A stretch of DNA of 64,000 bases from Candidatus Omnitrophota bacterium (GTDB taxonomy: Bacteria; Omnitrophota; Gorgyraeia; Duberdicusellales; 4484-171): positions 16,948-80,947 of the forward strand of contig WJJJ01000026.1 in the NCBI GenBank assembly GCA_014729775.1. Direction: 5' to 3'. The notes beneath the pieces are model-generated. The model did not search any database, was not told the origin of the DNA, and was given only the letters and a program-made list of their open reading frames with translations. Positions 12,321 through 21,343 of this stretch are shown here, in pieces. Each line of letters opens with the position of its first letter. Within the stretch, counting starts at the first letter, position 1. A program made the translations under genes and the position numbers.

Positions 12321-14222
12321 TCATCCTTTCAAGGGCGAGTAGGTTTTATTCCCGGTCACAAAAAACTTGGAAAAAAACTCGTAATAATTGAGCCGGAGGG
12401 ACTGGATCGTCACCACCAGCCCTTCCAGCACGATCACGAAGACATTCCCCAGCAAAACCACTAAAAACGACAATGCGCCGCCGCCGATGGATGCGACCGC
12501 GCGGGACAACTCGAAGATCGCGATAAAAAGACCGGCATGGGCCAGGGCGAAAGCCGCAATTCGAATAAACGACAGCGTGTTGGCTAAATACCCCATAATG
12601 ATCTCCAGGATATCCACCATGCTTTCCATGAACGTCACCACGAAGCCCTCCCGTCTGCGCCGCAGGAGAGTTTCTGCCAGCGGTTTCAGAAACAGTATTC
12701 CCAGACCGGAACCGATCAGCGCGTACCAATGCACCGGCACCTCTCCTTTTTGGACAAAGATCTTGCTCACCACCCCGATCGCGATCCAGTACAGCGCTCC
12801 GGAAATCAGCCCCGCTTTGTCAAATAACGCTCTCAGGTAATTTCTGTCACGAATGGCGTTGATCACGTTGAGCACAATCCCCAGGGTGATCATCCCGATC
12901 CCGAAATACACACTGAGGGTAAAAATAGACATAATATCATGCAAAGGCTTGATCCACAAGGAGGGAAATTCAATCCCGAACACGCTGCCGAAGAGCACGC
13001 CGAACAGCGAAGAACTTATCCCGCAATATAACAGCAAAGCGCCCGCCTGGCGGATTTTTTCTTTTTGAGACCGGCGAAACAGCCATGCCGCGGCGCACAA
13101 TACCGCCCCATGGCCGATATCGCCGAACATCACGCCGAACATGAGTAAAAAACTGAAGGCGACGAATACCGTGGGATCAATCGAGCCGTAACGCGGCATC
13201 CCGTAGGAAGAGATCAGCAGTTCGAAGGGCTTCAGCAGCGCGTTATTTTGAAACCGTACCGGAACTTCTTCGTTTGCGATATGCAGTTGCCGCGGATCTC
13301 TCACCTCGACATACGAGGGAGACGCCGTGCGTTCGATCTCGCGAATGACCTGCTGTCTGGCCTCCTTCGGGACCCATCCGCAGAGCAGCGCGGTCCGTTC
13401 GGTCAAACAGGAAAACTTTTTCGCCTTCAGCAGGGACTGCCGTAGACGCAGGAAACTCCTTATCTGCGCCAGTTTTTCTTGCGACTCGGCGGCGAGCGCG
13501 GCCAATTGACGATCGATCTCTTCATTTTCCTGCCGGTAATGCGCGATTTTTTCCTTGATCTTGCCTTCAACATCGCCGGAAAGCATTCCCGGCTGGGCCG
13601 GCCACTCCATCGGTATCCAACCCACGTCATGAAGTGCTCTCTCAAAGACCGGCTTATCCTGTTTCAACCCCATGAGCATGGTCACCGCGGTATCTCCTTC
13701 GCGGCGATAAGGGTAAAGGATGTGCGGCACATCCTCCAGACTCCGCTCCAGCACCTGGAGATTCTCAGACGCGACTTTGCCCAGCGACACGTGAAGAAAG
13801 GTATAGACGGCCTTTCCCTGGAGCGGAAACATCAAATATTCTTTGATTTGGTATAAGAACATTTCCTGCCGGGAGACTTCTTCCCGCACCTGTTCTTTCT
13901 GCGCCAGCAGAGGGGCCGCCTTCTGTTCAATCCGGCCCAATACTTCGCGGAGCTCCTGATATGAAAAGGAAGGAAAGGTGGACGCCGCCGGAAGTGAAAC
14001 GCCGAGCGTTCGAAGAAGATGGGTGAGCTTCGCCTCCAGCGTGTCCAATTCGGTGAATTCCCGGCTGAGATTACAGCCGGAAAGGCTTCCCAGCTCCTGT
14101 TCGATATCGCGAAGGTCAACGGGATGGAACAGTCCCGTATGTACCAGGCGGGGTACGAGTTCGTCGAGCTTTTCCTTGAATACGACCACGCTCAACAGCT
14201 CCATCGAAGAAGGGGTCAGCAT
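12321..14222 (-). CDS. atpI: V/A-type ATP synthase subunit I (a)
   Basis: YGMPRYGSIDPT, FGVMFGDIGHG, NTLSFIRIAAFALAH, LRLNYYEFF. Confidence 0.96.
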   Translation of the reverse strand: MLTPSSMELLSVVVFKEKLDELVPRLVHTGLFHPVDLRDIEQELGSLSGCNLSREFTELDTLEAKLTHLLRTLGVSLPAASTFPSFSYQELREVLGRIEQKAAPLLAQKEQVREEVSRQEMFLYQIKEYLMFPLQGKAVYTFLHVSLGKVASENLQVLERSLEDVPHILYPYRREGDTAVTMLMGLKQDKPVFERALHDVGWIPMEWPAQPGMLSGDVEGKIKEKIAHYRQENEEIDRQLAALAAESQEKLAQIRSFLRLRQSLLKAKKFSCLTERTALLCGWVPKEARQQVIREIERTASPSYVEVRDPRQLHIANEEVPVRFQNNALLKPFELLISSYGMPRYGSIDPTVFVAFSFLLMFGVMFGDIGHGAVLCAAAWLFRRSQKEKIRQAGALLLYCGISSSLFGVLFGSVFGIEFPSLWIKPLHDIMSIFTLSVYFGIGMITLGIVLNVINAIRDRNYLRALFDKAGLISGALYWIAIGVVSKIFVQKGEVPVHWYALIGSGLGILFLKPLAETLLRRRREGFVVTFMESMVDILEIIMGYLANTLSFIRIAAFALAHAGLFIAIFELSRAVASIGGGALSFLVVLLGNVFVIVLEGLVVTIQSLRLNYYEFFSKFFVTGNKTYSPLKG

Positions 14223-15253
14223 ATTAACACCGCCTTTGTCATCTCGCTATCCCATCCGTACTGGATCGCGTAAGCCAGAGAAACACAATTTTTCGCTTCC
14301 CAGCGTACCATGACGCAGTACGCCAGCAGAGTACCGATGGTAAACGGAAACCCCGACATGACCCGCCTCGCTTCCCGCATCAAAATCGCGTACAGAAACT
14401 GCCCGACTAAATGTATATTCCGGGGAGAAAAACTTTTCAACTCAGGATACCCTCCCGCGTGCACACTCTCCATTAAACTCGTTAATTCACCGGCGTAATG
14501 CCGCCGCACTTCTTCTTTGCGTACTTTATCCCCTCCGGGAATGATCCAGCCCAGGATATCGTCGACCCCGGCAGCGTAATATTTCTTGAACCGGATCAGC
14601 CAGTGGATATTCTCCATGTCGATCTCGACCCCCAGCAGTTTACGCACGGCTTTCCGGTCGGAAAAAGACAATCTGGCCAGCGCGTCAAGTACCCGCCGGT
14701 AATAATCGATATCAAGCGCGATTTCCAGGAAAAACACCGATCCGTGGAGTTTGAATTTTTCCCGCGCGCCGTTGAGCGGACGGCGGTAGGGAGTTTTCTC
14801 CAGCGCGAGAATAAACTCCTCGATCGTCGCCGAAGCGAGCAATACCGCGACGTCCACCCCGCGGAACTGTTGCTGAAGAATTCCCCGGTCGGAAGGCACC
14901 GGTTCCTTTTTGTGCCAGGCCCGGATCAGCCTTTTTAAGCGTTCAATTTCATAACGCTCGCAGTACACTTCGAGAAACTCTTTCTCCCGCGCGGTCGGAA
15001 TCACCTGGATAAGACGCTGAAGCTGGCGGCGTTCGTTTACTCGTACGTATTTCTCGATCCCCTGGGCCCGTACCGGTTGCGTCGGCACCGAAACGTCCGG
15101 ATCGGGGGGATGCGCCCGCCGCACCCGGTTCCACAGATCGTCCAGATCCGCCCTTTCCGCGCACGTCCGGAAATCGTCACAGCTGAGCAACCGGGAAATC
15201 ATCCCCCGGGTTTTCGCGTTGAGAAACGCGTATTTGGATAGCTGCCCTATCAT
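14216..15253 (-). CDS. atpC: V/A-type ATP synthase subunit C (d)
   Basis: YAFLNAKTRGM..LL, LEIALDIDYY, EIDMENI, IIPGG. Confidence 0.88.
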   Translation of the reverse strand: MIGQLSKYAFLNAKTRGMISRLLSCDDFRTCAERADLDDLWNRVRRAHPPDPDVSVPTQPVRAQGIEKYVRVNERRQLQRLIQVIPTAREKEFLEVYCERYEIERLKRLIRAWHKKEPVPSDRGILQQQFRGVDVAVLLASATIEEFILALEKTPYRRPLNGAREKFKLHGSVFFLEIALDIDYYRRVLDALARLSFSDRKAVRKLLGVEIDMENIHWLIRFKKYYAAGVDDILGWIIPGGDKVRKEEVRRHYAGELTSLMESVHAGGYPELKSFSPRNIHLVGQFLYAILMREARRVMSGFPFTIGTLLAYCVMVRWEAKNCVSLAYAIQYGWDSEMTKAVLIC

Positions 15254-15573
15254 TCACGCTCCCTTAACGCGATCAGGCGGCGGAACAGCTCCTCGGCCCG
15301 GTCATGAATCTGCTGCATTCGGCGTTCCCGCACACACGCAGCATGCTCCCTTACCGAGGAAAAGATCTTTGTCCTTTCACGCTCGTACTCCCGGATGACC
15401 TCGACTTCCATCCGGCGAATCTCCTCGCCGGTTTGCTGCAGGAGGTCTTCGGTCTCCTCCGCTCCCTCGCGTTTCGCCTGATCCATACGTTTCTGCGCCT
15501 GGCGGCGGGATTCCTTGACCCGGGCGTCGGCTTCCCGTTCCGCCCGCAAAATAGTGTCGATTACCTCTTTCAT
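15250..15573 (-). CDS. V/A-type ATP synthase subunit G/H (peripheral stalk)
   Basis: MKEVIDTILRAEREA.. charged coiled coil at the head of the operon. Confidence 0.75.
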   Translation of the reverse strand: MKEVIDTILRAEREADARVKESRRQAQKRMDQAKREGAEETEDLLQQTGEEIRRMEVEVIREYERERTKIFSSVREHAACVRERRMQQIHDRAEELFRRLIALRERE

Positions 15574-15593
15574 AAGAATGCCGCCTCCCTTGA

Positions 15594-16268
15594 TTATGCC
15601 GCGTAAGACTTAATGTTTTCCAGTAATCCGTAACAGAGCAACTTATCGTTCTCCTGAATTCGGTCGTTCGCGTGCGGGAAGGAAATCAATCCCTCCTTCC
15701 GGTCGATTGACAGAACCAGAATATTTTTGTCGATGAATCCGGCTTCGGCCAGGGTTAATCCTTTTTCCTTACTTTCACTGCGAATGGTCAGCTGAGCGAT
15801 GCCGTACCCCTTAGGAAGATAAAACAATTCTTCCAGCGTTTTCTGCCGGATAATTCCCCGGGCGATTATGCGCTTTTCGATAAACTTATTCAAAGCACGG
15901 CTGAAGCCGCGCAAAGTGGTGAGCTTGTAAAAAAGATACAGGATCACCGTAAGGATCAATGCCTTCTCCACGTTAGTCTCCAGCGCGTCTTTTCCGAATG
16001 AAAAGAACAGCCCGCCGATGATCGACACGATCCCGACCTTTCCCATGATCATTAATACCGTGACGGTCTTGCGGCGGATATCGTCCTCGAGGATGATCTC
16101 GGCTTCGCTGGTGGTAAATCCGGTGCCGGTAAAAGCGGAAATAGCCTGAAACCGGGCAGTTTTTTCATCCAGCCCGGTAAGCTTCAAAATGACCGTGGCC
16201 ACACGCACAATCGAAAAGAAAATTCCGATGAGAATAAGAACTGGGAGGACTCCCGAAAAAATTTCCAT
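15594..16268 (-). CDS. Membrane protein with pore-loop-like segment and C-terminal TrkA-C (RCK_C) domain
   Basis: LTGL..ARFQAISAFTGTGFTT.E, three TM segments, and C-terminal GLTLAE..ILVLSIDR..IQENDKLLCYG. Confidence 0.8.
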   Translation of the reverse strand: MEIFSGVLPVLILIGIFFSIVRVATVILKLTGLDEKTARFQAISAFTGTGFTTSEAEIILEDDIRRKTVTVLMIMGKVGIVSIIGGLFFSFGKDALETNVEKALILTVILYLFYKLTTLRGFSRALNKFIEKRIIARGIIRQKTLEELFYLPKGYGIAQLTIRSESKEKGLTLAEAGFIDKNILVLSIDRKEGLISFPHANDRIQENDKLLCYGLLENIKSYAA

Positions 16269-16349
16269 TTTATTCCCTGTGGGTTCGCGTCACGTACCCC
16301 CGGGTTCTGCTCCCTGAAACTGCCGCAGGACTGCAGAACGGGGATTGAA

Positions 16350-17234
16350 TCAATTATATAGATTATAAGTGAACAAGGAGAATTCGGCAATGAATTTCTT
16401 CGCCGCGCGGTAATTGCGCACTTCGCCGGTGAGCACGCATATAATGTAATCTCCCTGGGCGGTAAAGACGATGCCGGCATCATGCACCACCCCCCGTTCC
16501 AAACCGGTTTTATGCGCGACCGGGATCTCTTCCGGAAGATAGCGCGGCAGGCGGTCGTCCACCTGCTGTTCTTTCAGTATCGACAGGGCAAACTCGGCAT
16601 GAGGCAGCCGGCGGCGGTAAAACCCTTCCAGCACTGAAACGATATCCGCCGCGGAGGTATAATTCTCCTTGCCCTTGCGCCGGGACACGAAATCCATCAT
16701 TTTCCGTTCGAGCACGGTCTGCCGCAGGTCAAGAGCGGTAAATTCACTTCTCAACAGGTCCATCCCGAGCATCTCTATGACTTTGTTGGTCGCGGTGTTA
16801 TCACTGCGGGTGACCATCAGGGTGAGCAGTTCGGCAAAGGAAACCTCCGCGGGAACCTGGGCGGCTTTCAGCACCCCCGAGCCGCCGCAGATATCCCGCC
16901 GGCGAATCGTCACCCGCTCTTCAAGCGAACGTTGCCCCCGCTCGACCGCGCGCAGCGCAACGGCGAGAATAGGGATTTTGATGATGCTGGCGGCAATGAA
17001 CGGCTCGTCTGACCGGTATCCCGCCTCGCCGGAAGAAACGAGATCTTTCACCAGAAAAGCCGCATCGCCATGGAACTGGACGCACAGCGACTCCCCCTGC
17101 GCCTGCATTCGCGCGAAATCCGCTGCGGCCCGCCCAAAGGGACGCGGTCCCCAGCCGCGGGTGAAGGCCGCGAAAACGATTCCCGCGATCGCACACATGA
17201 GGATCCCGATTGTGAACTTCCTGCGGCGCAGCAT
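16350..17234 (-). CDS. Class A beta-lactamase-related serine hydrolase (PBP-A-like)
   Basis: SxxK (ASIIK), SDN and HKTG motifs, N-terminal TM/signal. The start is reassigned to ATG 17234. Confidence 0.88.
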   Translation of the reverse strand: MLRRRKFTIGILMCAIAGIVFAAFTRGWGPRPFGRAAADFARMQAQGESLCVQFHGDAAFLVKDLVSSGEAGYRSDEPFIAASIIKIPILAVALRAVERGQRSLEERVTIRRRDICGGSGVLKAAQVPAEVSFAELLTLMVTRSDNTATNKVIEMLGMDLLRSEFTALDLRQTVLERKMMDFVSRRKGKENYTSAADIVSVLEGFYRRRLPHAEFALSILKEQQVDDRLPRYLPEEIPVAHKTGLERGVVHDAGIVFTAQGDYIICVLTGEVRNYRAAKKFIAEFSLFTYNLYN

Positions 17235-17292
17235 ATCTTTTCTCTTTAAACGTGAAATTCGTCTGAGGCGCGGATCCTCCGGGCGTAAAGCA

Positions 17293-18828
17293 TTATTCGT
17301 CTTCGTTCTTCCGGCGCATCCGGCTTCGGGGTTCGGTTTTCCACGAATGCGACGCGACCAGCACCGCCGCGAACAGCGTATAGAGCAGCCAATCCCGGCC
17401 GACCAGGATAATCGCGGTCCACGAATATCCTCCGTAGGGATCGGCAAGTTCTTTGGTGAGCGAAGAAAGCAGCAATGCGCCCAGAATCCCCGGCGCGACG
17501 ATCTTCACCGAAAAATCCCACACGGCGGGCAGCTTCCACCGGCAGGAATGATTCAAATGGCCGCGGAGTTTCACTGCTTTAAGGATCCATCCGACGAGCA
17601 CGCACTCGAAAATCGCTCCCACCACCAGACCGTACTGCGTGATGAAATGATCGGCGATATCAAGCAGGTGGATCCCCGCCCGGGTAGCGAATATCATACT
17701 TCCTAAGAATCCCAGCCCCGACAGGATCGAAACCACCGTCTTTCGCGGATAATGGAATTTATCGATAATGGCCGAGGCAAACGCCTCCAGGATCGAGATC
17801 GCCGACGAGAGCCCCGCGATCACCAGGATACCGAAAAAGATCGCGCCGAAGAGCTTTTCAAATCCGGGAAGCATGCTGATCGCTTTCGGATAGGCGACGA
17901 ACGCCAGCCCGATCGACTGATCCACCACCGCCTCAAACGGCTTGCCGGTCGTACGCGCCATGTAGCCGAGCACCGAAAAGACCCCGATCCCGGCCAAAAA
18001 AGAAAAGGCCGCGTTAAACAGGGTGATCGTGATCGAATCCCGCACGATTTCGCTTTTGCGCGGCAGATAGGATGAGTAGGCGATCATGATACCAAACCCG
18101 ATACTGAGCGTAAAAAAGATCTGACCAAAGGCATCCATCCACACCCCGATATCGCCCAGCCGGCTGAAATCCGGACGCAGATAAAAAGAGAGCACTCCTT
18201 CTTTTGCCCCGGGCAGACGCGCGCTCCAGGCTACGATCGCCACGGTAAGGATCAATAGCAGCGGCATAAACACTTTGTTGGCGCGTTCCAGCCCCTTTTC
18301 CACGCCCTTGAACACGATCAGCCAGGACACCCCCCACACCGCAAGCAGCGCTCCGATCATCGGCGTCCGCAGATCCCCCAGCGCGAACGGTCCCTCGCTG
18401 ACCATAAGATATTCCTGAAAGAAGAACGCGTTCGGATCCGGAGCCCAGCGCAGGTCGAACGAATAAAAGAAAAAGTTCACGCACCAGGAAACAACGACCG
18501 AATAGTACAATACGATCCCGAACATCACGAAGATCACCTGCCACCACCCCAGCCACTCCCATTTACGCGAAACACTGGCGAAGCTTGCCGGCGCAGATCC
18601 CCGCATCTTATGCCCCAGTCCGATCTCGAGAATCATCAGGGGAATGCCTACCACCAGCAGAGCCACGCCGTAGGGAATGAGAAAGGCTCCGCCGCCGTTT
18701 TTGTAACACAGATATGGGAATCTCCAGATGTTGCCCAGTCCCACGGCCGAGCCGATCGCGGCCAGAAGGAACCCGATGTGTGATTTCCACTGCGGACGAT
18801 GATGGGGTAAGGGAGTACCGTTTTCCAT
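17293..18828 (-). CDS. Sodium-dependent transporter, NSS/SNF family
   Basis: W.S..GFLLAAIGSAVGLGNIWRFPY..YKNGGGAFLIPY, QIFFTLS, multiple TMs. Confidence 0.95.
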   Translation of the reverse strand: MENGTPLPHHRPQWKSHIGFLLAAIGSAVGLGNIWRFPYLCYKNGGGAFLIPYGVALLVVGIPLMILEIGLGHKMRGSAPASFASVSRKWEWLGWWQVIFVMFGIVLYYSVVVSWCVNFFFYSFDLRWAPDPNAFFFQEYLMVSEGPFALGDLRTPMIGALLAVWGVSWLIVFKGVEKGLERANKVFMPLLLILTVAIVAWSARLPGAKEGVLSFYLRPDFSRLGDIGVWMDAFGQIFFTLSIGFGIMIAYSSYLPRKSEIVRDSITITLFNAAFSFLAGIGVFSVLGYMARTTGKPFEAVVDQSIGLAFVAYPKAISMLPGFEKLFGAIFFGILVIAGLSSAISILEAFASAIIDKFHYPRKTVVSILSGLGFLGSMIFATRAGIHLLDIADHFITQYGLVVGAIFECVLVGWILKAVKLRGHLNHSCRWKLPAVWDFSVKIVAPGILGALLLSSLTKELADPYGGYSWTAIILVGRDWLLYTLFAAVLVASHSWKTEPRSRMRRKNEDE

Positions 18829-18854
18829 AACCTGGCCGTTTTTGGGATGGAATT

Positions 18855-18882
18855 ATTATATCAAGAAACCGGGCGTTGTAAA
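18855..18882 (-). promoter_or_regulatory. Sigma70-type promoter for the NSS transporter
   Basis: Minus strand TTTACA-16 nt-TATAAT with a TG extended -10. Confidence 0.6.
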
Positions 18883-18949
18883 CACGCAAAGTGCGCCGGA
18901 GACGGTTCCGGGAGGTGAAAGTTCGGCATGTTCAGGGAGTGAGGGAACA

Positions 18950-18971
18950 CCGCGCAGACCCGTCCGCGCGG
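18950..18971 (-). terminator. GC-rich hairpin after the last pilin gene
   Basis: CCGCGCGGA-cggg-TCTGCGCGG just after the stop codon. Weak U-tail. Confidence 0.5.
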
Positions 18972-18973
18972 AT

Positions 18974-19369
18974 TTAATCTTCGGTAATTTCCCCGGTGGT
19001 CAAATCCATGGTGAAGGTAGGACCGGTGCCGGAAGCGGCAGCGGTCACGGTACTTCCGGAAATGGAATAATCATAGTTGTCGTCGGTAAAGGACAGCGAT
19101 ACGTCCGCTTCATCGTCCCCGTCAAGGTCGGCATCTATGGCGACCTCACCGGAACCGCCACCCGAAGTTAAATCTCCGGGCCAGTCTCCGGTCGCCGAAT
19201 GAATCGCCATGGATACTTCGCGGATTTCCTCAAGATTCCCCTTTACCCTGGAAGCCCTGGCCTTATCGACCGACTGCATGTACTGCGGAATAGCGACTAC
19301 GAGCAAAATCCCTAATATAATGGAAATAATGAGCAGTTCCAGTAACGTGAACCCCTTACGACTGCGCAT
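18974..19369 (-). CDS. Type IV pilin, acidic, paralog of 21344-21739
   Basis: Class III signal RKG^FTLLELL, AIPQY, and DADLDGDDE motif. Confidence 0.9.
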   Translation of the reverse strand: MRSRKGFTLLELLIISIILGILLVVAIPQYMQSVDKARASRVKGNLEEIREVSMAIHSATGDWPGDLTSGGGSGEVAIDADLDGDDEADVSLSFTDDNYDYSISGSTVTAAASGTGPTFTMDLTTGEITED

Positions 19370-19455
19370 ATTTTTTTCTCCCTTCCCCGCCCGCCGGGCT
19401 CCTTTTATTGATCATATTTTTTCCCGTGCCGTGCAGCACCCGTGTCCGCCGCCGT

Positions 19456-20079
19456 TTACTGTCCCCAGGAATGGGTAAACGGATAGAAGTACTCTTCGGC
19501 GAGATTGACCTCGGGATTGGACTTCGGATCTTCCGCGTGCCCCGGCCGCTTGCGCATGGCCAGATCACTGATCAAAATACCCCCGTTCTGTTTTTGGATC
19601 GAGAGCCCGTCGGGATCGACGAGTTGATGGGAAAGCACCCGGGAATCGTCTATCACCCCGTTGTCATCGAAAACCTCAAACGTGACCGAATTCGCCGGAT
19701 AGGTACGGGTGGCGAACACGGTATCCGCGTTGTTGGTATTAAACACGTAGCAGACCTCGCGGTCATCGCCATAATCCTGGGGCGTGCGGTTCTCATTGCC
19801 GTTGACGTCCATATCCTGCCGCAGACATAACTGATGCACCCCTCCGGTTGCGTTCACCGAAATCCCGTCGCTCACCCGGTCGCCGGTAACCGTGAGCATA
19901 TTTTTGTGAAGGTGATCCACCAGCAGGGTCATCCGGTTGAGAATTTCCACGACATTCTCAGTGGTGGTAAACATGCGGGAACTCAGAATATGAAAAGATA
20001 CCGCGGCGAGCACGATACTCACCATCAGCACCATTGCCAGCAGGAGTTCAATCAAGGTCACGGCGCGCTTCATTCGCAT
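19456..20079 (-). CDS. Minor pilin (PilW/GspJ-like)
   Basis: KRA^VTLIELL prepilin motif and a larger beta-rich domain. Confidence 0.75.
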   Translation of the reverse strand: MRMKRAVTLIELLLAMVLMVSIVLAAVSFHILSSRMFTTTENVVEILNRMTLLVDHLHKNMLTVTGDRVSDGISVNATGGVHQLCLRQDMDVNGNENRTPQDYGDDREVCYVFNTNNADTVFATRTYPANSVTFEVFDDNGVIDDSRVLSHQLVDPDGLSIQKQNGGILISDLAMRKRPGHAEDPKSNPEVNLAEEYFYPFTHSWGQ

Positions 20080-20088
20080 GGCAGGTAT

Positions 20089-20493
20089 TTATTCTTCTTC
20101 CTGAGGGGTATCCTCATAGGTTACGTCCATCTGGACCCGGCGCAAATCCATCACTTCCCCGTCGATCGTGACCTGTTCCACCGTGTATTCCGGCGTATAA
20201 GTCGTCCCGTCGGGCCGGTCCATACTCGCGCCGGGATAATCCTGGGCACCTCCGCCGGCGGGATCAATGTAGAGATCGTTACTCGCATCGTCCCAGGTAT
20301 CGGCGCGCACATGGATGTAGAGCTCATCAAACTGATCCCGTGAGATATTCATCGACTGCAGTCGTTTATGGGCGCGGTCAACCAGCCTCTGCGCACCCAC
20401 GAACGAAGCCAGCAGTCCGCCGAAGGCGAAAGCGAGAATGCCCGCGGCCACGAGCAGTTCCACCAGGGTAAAACTCTTTCGCTGAAGATTCAT
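20089..20493 (-). CDS. Minor pilin (PilV/GspI-like)
   Basis: RKS^FTLVELL, with C-terminal LRRVQMDVTY. Confidence 0.78.
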   Translation of the reverse strand: MNLQRKSFTLVELLVAAGILAFAFGGLLASFVGAQRLVDRAHKRLQSMNISRDQFDELYIHVRADTWDDASNDLYIDPAGGGAQDYPGASMDRPDGTTYTPEYTVEQVTIDGEVMDLRRVQMDVTYEDTPQEEE

Positions 20494-20504
20494 GCTTCCT
20501 CCGT

Positions 20505-20912
20505 TTACTGCGGCACCGGCCGGTTCGGATCGTTCCCGCCGGTACAGTCGCCGGCCAGGATGTTCGGGTCACCTGGCCCGATATGCCACGCTCCATGGCT
20601 GGCACTTGCCGCCTCCGCGCAGAACCCTCCACCGCCGGCGGTCACGCGGTAGGTCCAGAAACCGTTCGTAGCGAGCGTCAGATTCAGCGCGTTGTTGCAG
20701 GCCGCGGTATCTGCGCAGGCCGCGTAACTGTTGGTGCGCAGTTCTTCCGATTCCTCCGCCGTCTGCAACAGCAGCAGCGCCCCCCGCGCTTCCCGGTCAT
20801 GCGCCCGCAGACGCGCGTTCCAGTAATTCGGCAGGGCGAACGTTGCCACCACGCCCACGATAACCACTACCATCAGCAGTTCTATAAGGGTAAAACCCCT
20901 TTGTTGCCCCAT
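20505..20912 (-). CDS. Type IV pilin (PilE-like), four Cys
   Basis: QRG^FTLIELLMVVVIVGVVATFALPNY. The start is reassigned to ATG 20912. Confidence 0.85.
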   Translation of the reverse strand: MGQQRGFTLIELLMVVVIVGVVATFALPNYWNARLRAHDREARGALLLLQTAEESEELRTNSYAACADTAACNNALNLTLATNGFWTYRVTAGGGGFCAEAASASHGAWHIGPGDPNILAGDCTGGNDPNRPVPQ

Positions 20913-20926
20913 GCTTTCTCCTGATC

Positions 20927-21343
20927 CTAAAAACAGCCGCCTTCGGCGAATACTCCGGTGTTGAGATCCAGCGTAACACTGTTCGCCGGCTGCGCGCCGC
21001 TGCAGAAACCGGTCTGTTTTTGCGCAGTCACGACTCCTCCCTGGACAGTGTAAAGCCACATCTGATCGTTCTGTACACTGCGCAGATCAATACCCGAAAC
21101 GTTGGTTCCGATCCGGTTATCGAGATTGGCAGGATTCGGCACGTTTACAAAGTTTCCGGTTTCGCTCCGGATAATCTGTTCCGCTTCGGCAATGAGCGCC
21201 ATCGCGTGCCGTGCCTTCGCTACCTCGGCTCGAAGCACCGAGCCGCGGTAGCGAGGGACTGCGACCGACGCCAACGCGACGATCACCACGGCGGCAATCA
21301 ACAATTCCAACAACGTGAATGCGGATTTTCGGCGCATATCCAC
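20927..21343 (-). CDS. Type IV pilin with C-terminal Cys pair
   Basis: KSA^FTLLELL, VAVPRY, and C-terminal C..C. Confidence 0.85.
   Translation of the reverse strand: MDMRRKSAFTLLELLIAAVVIVALASVAVPRYRGSVLRAEVAKARHAMALIAEAEQIIRSETGNFVNVPNPANLDNRIGTNVSGIDLRSVQNDQMWLYTVQGGVVTAQKQTGFCSGAQPANSVTLDLNTGVFAEGGCF

Noticed and set aside
16350-17234. Antibiotic-resistance beta-lactamase call
   Set aside because: The catalytic Glu166 equivalent appears absent, so it was kept only as a PBP-A-like serine hydrolase.
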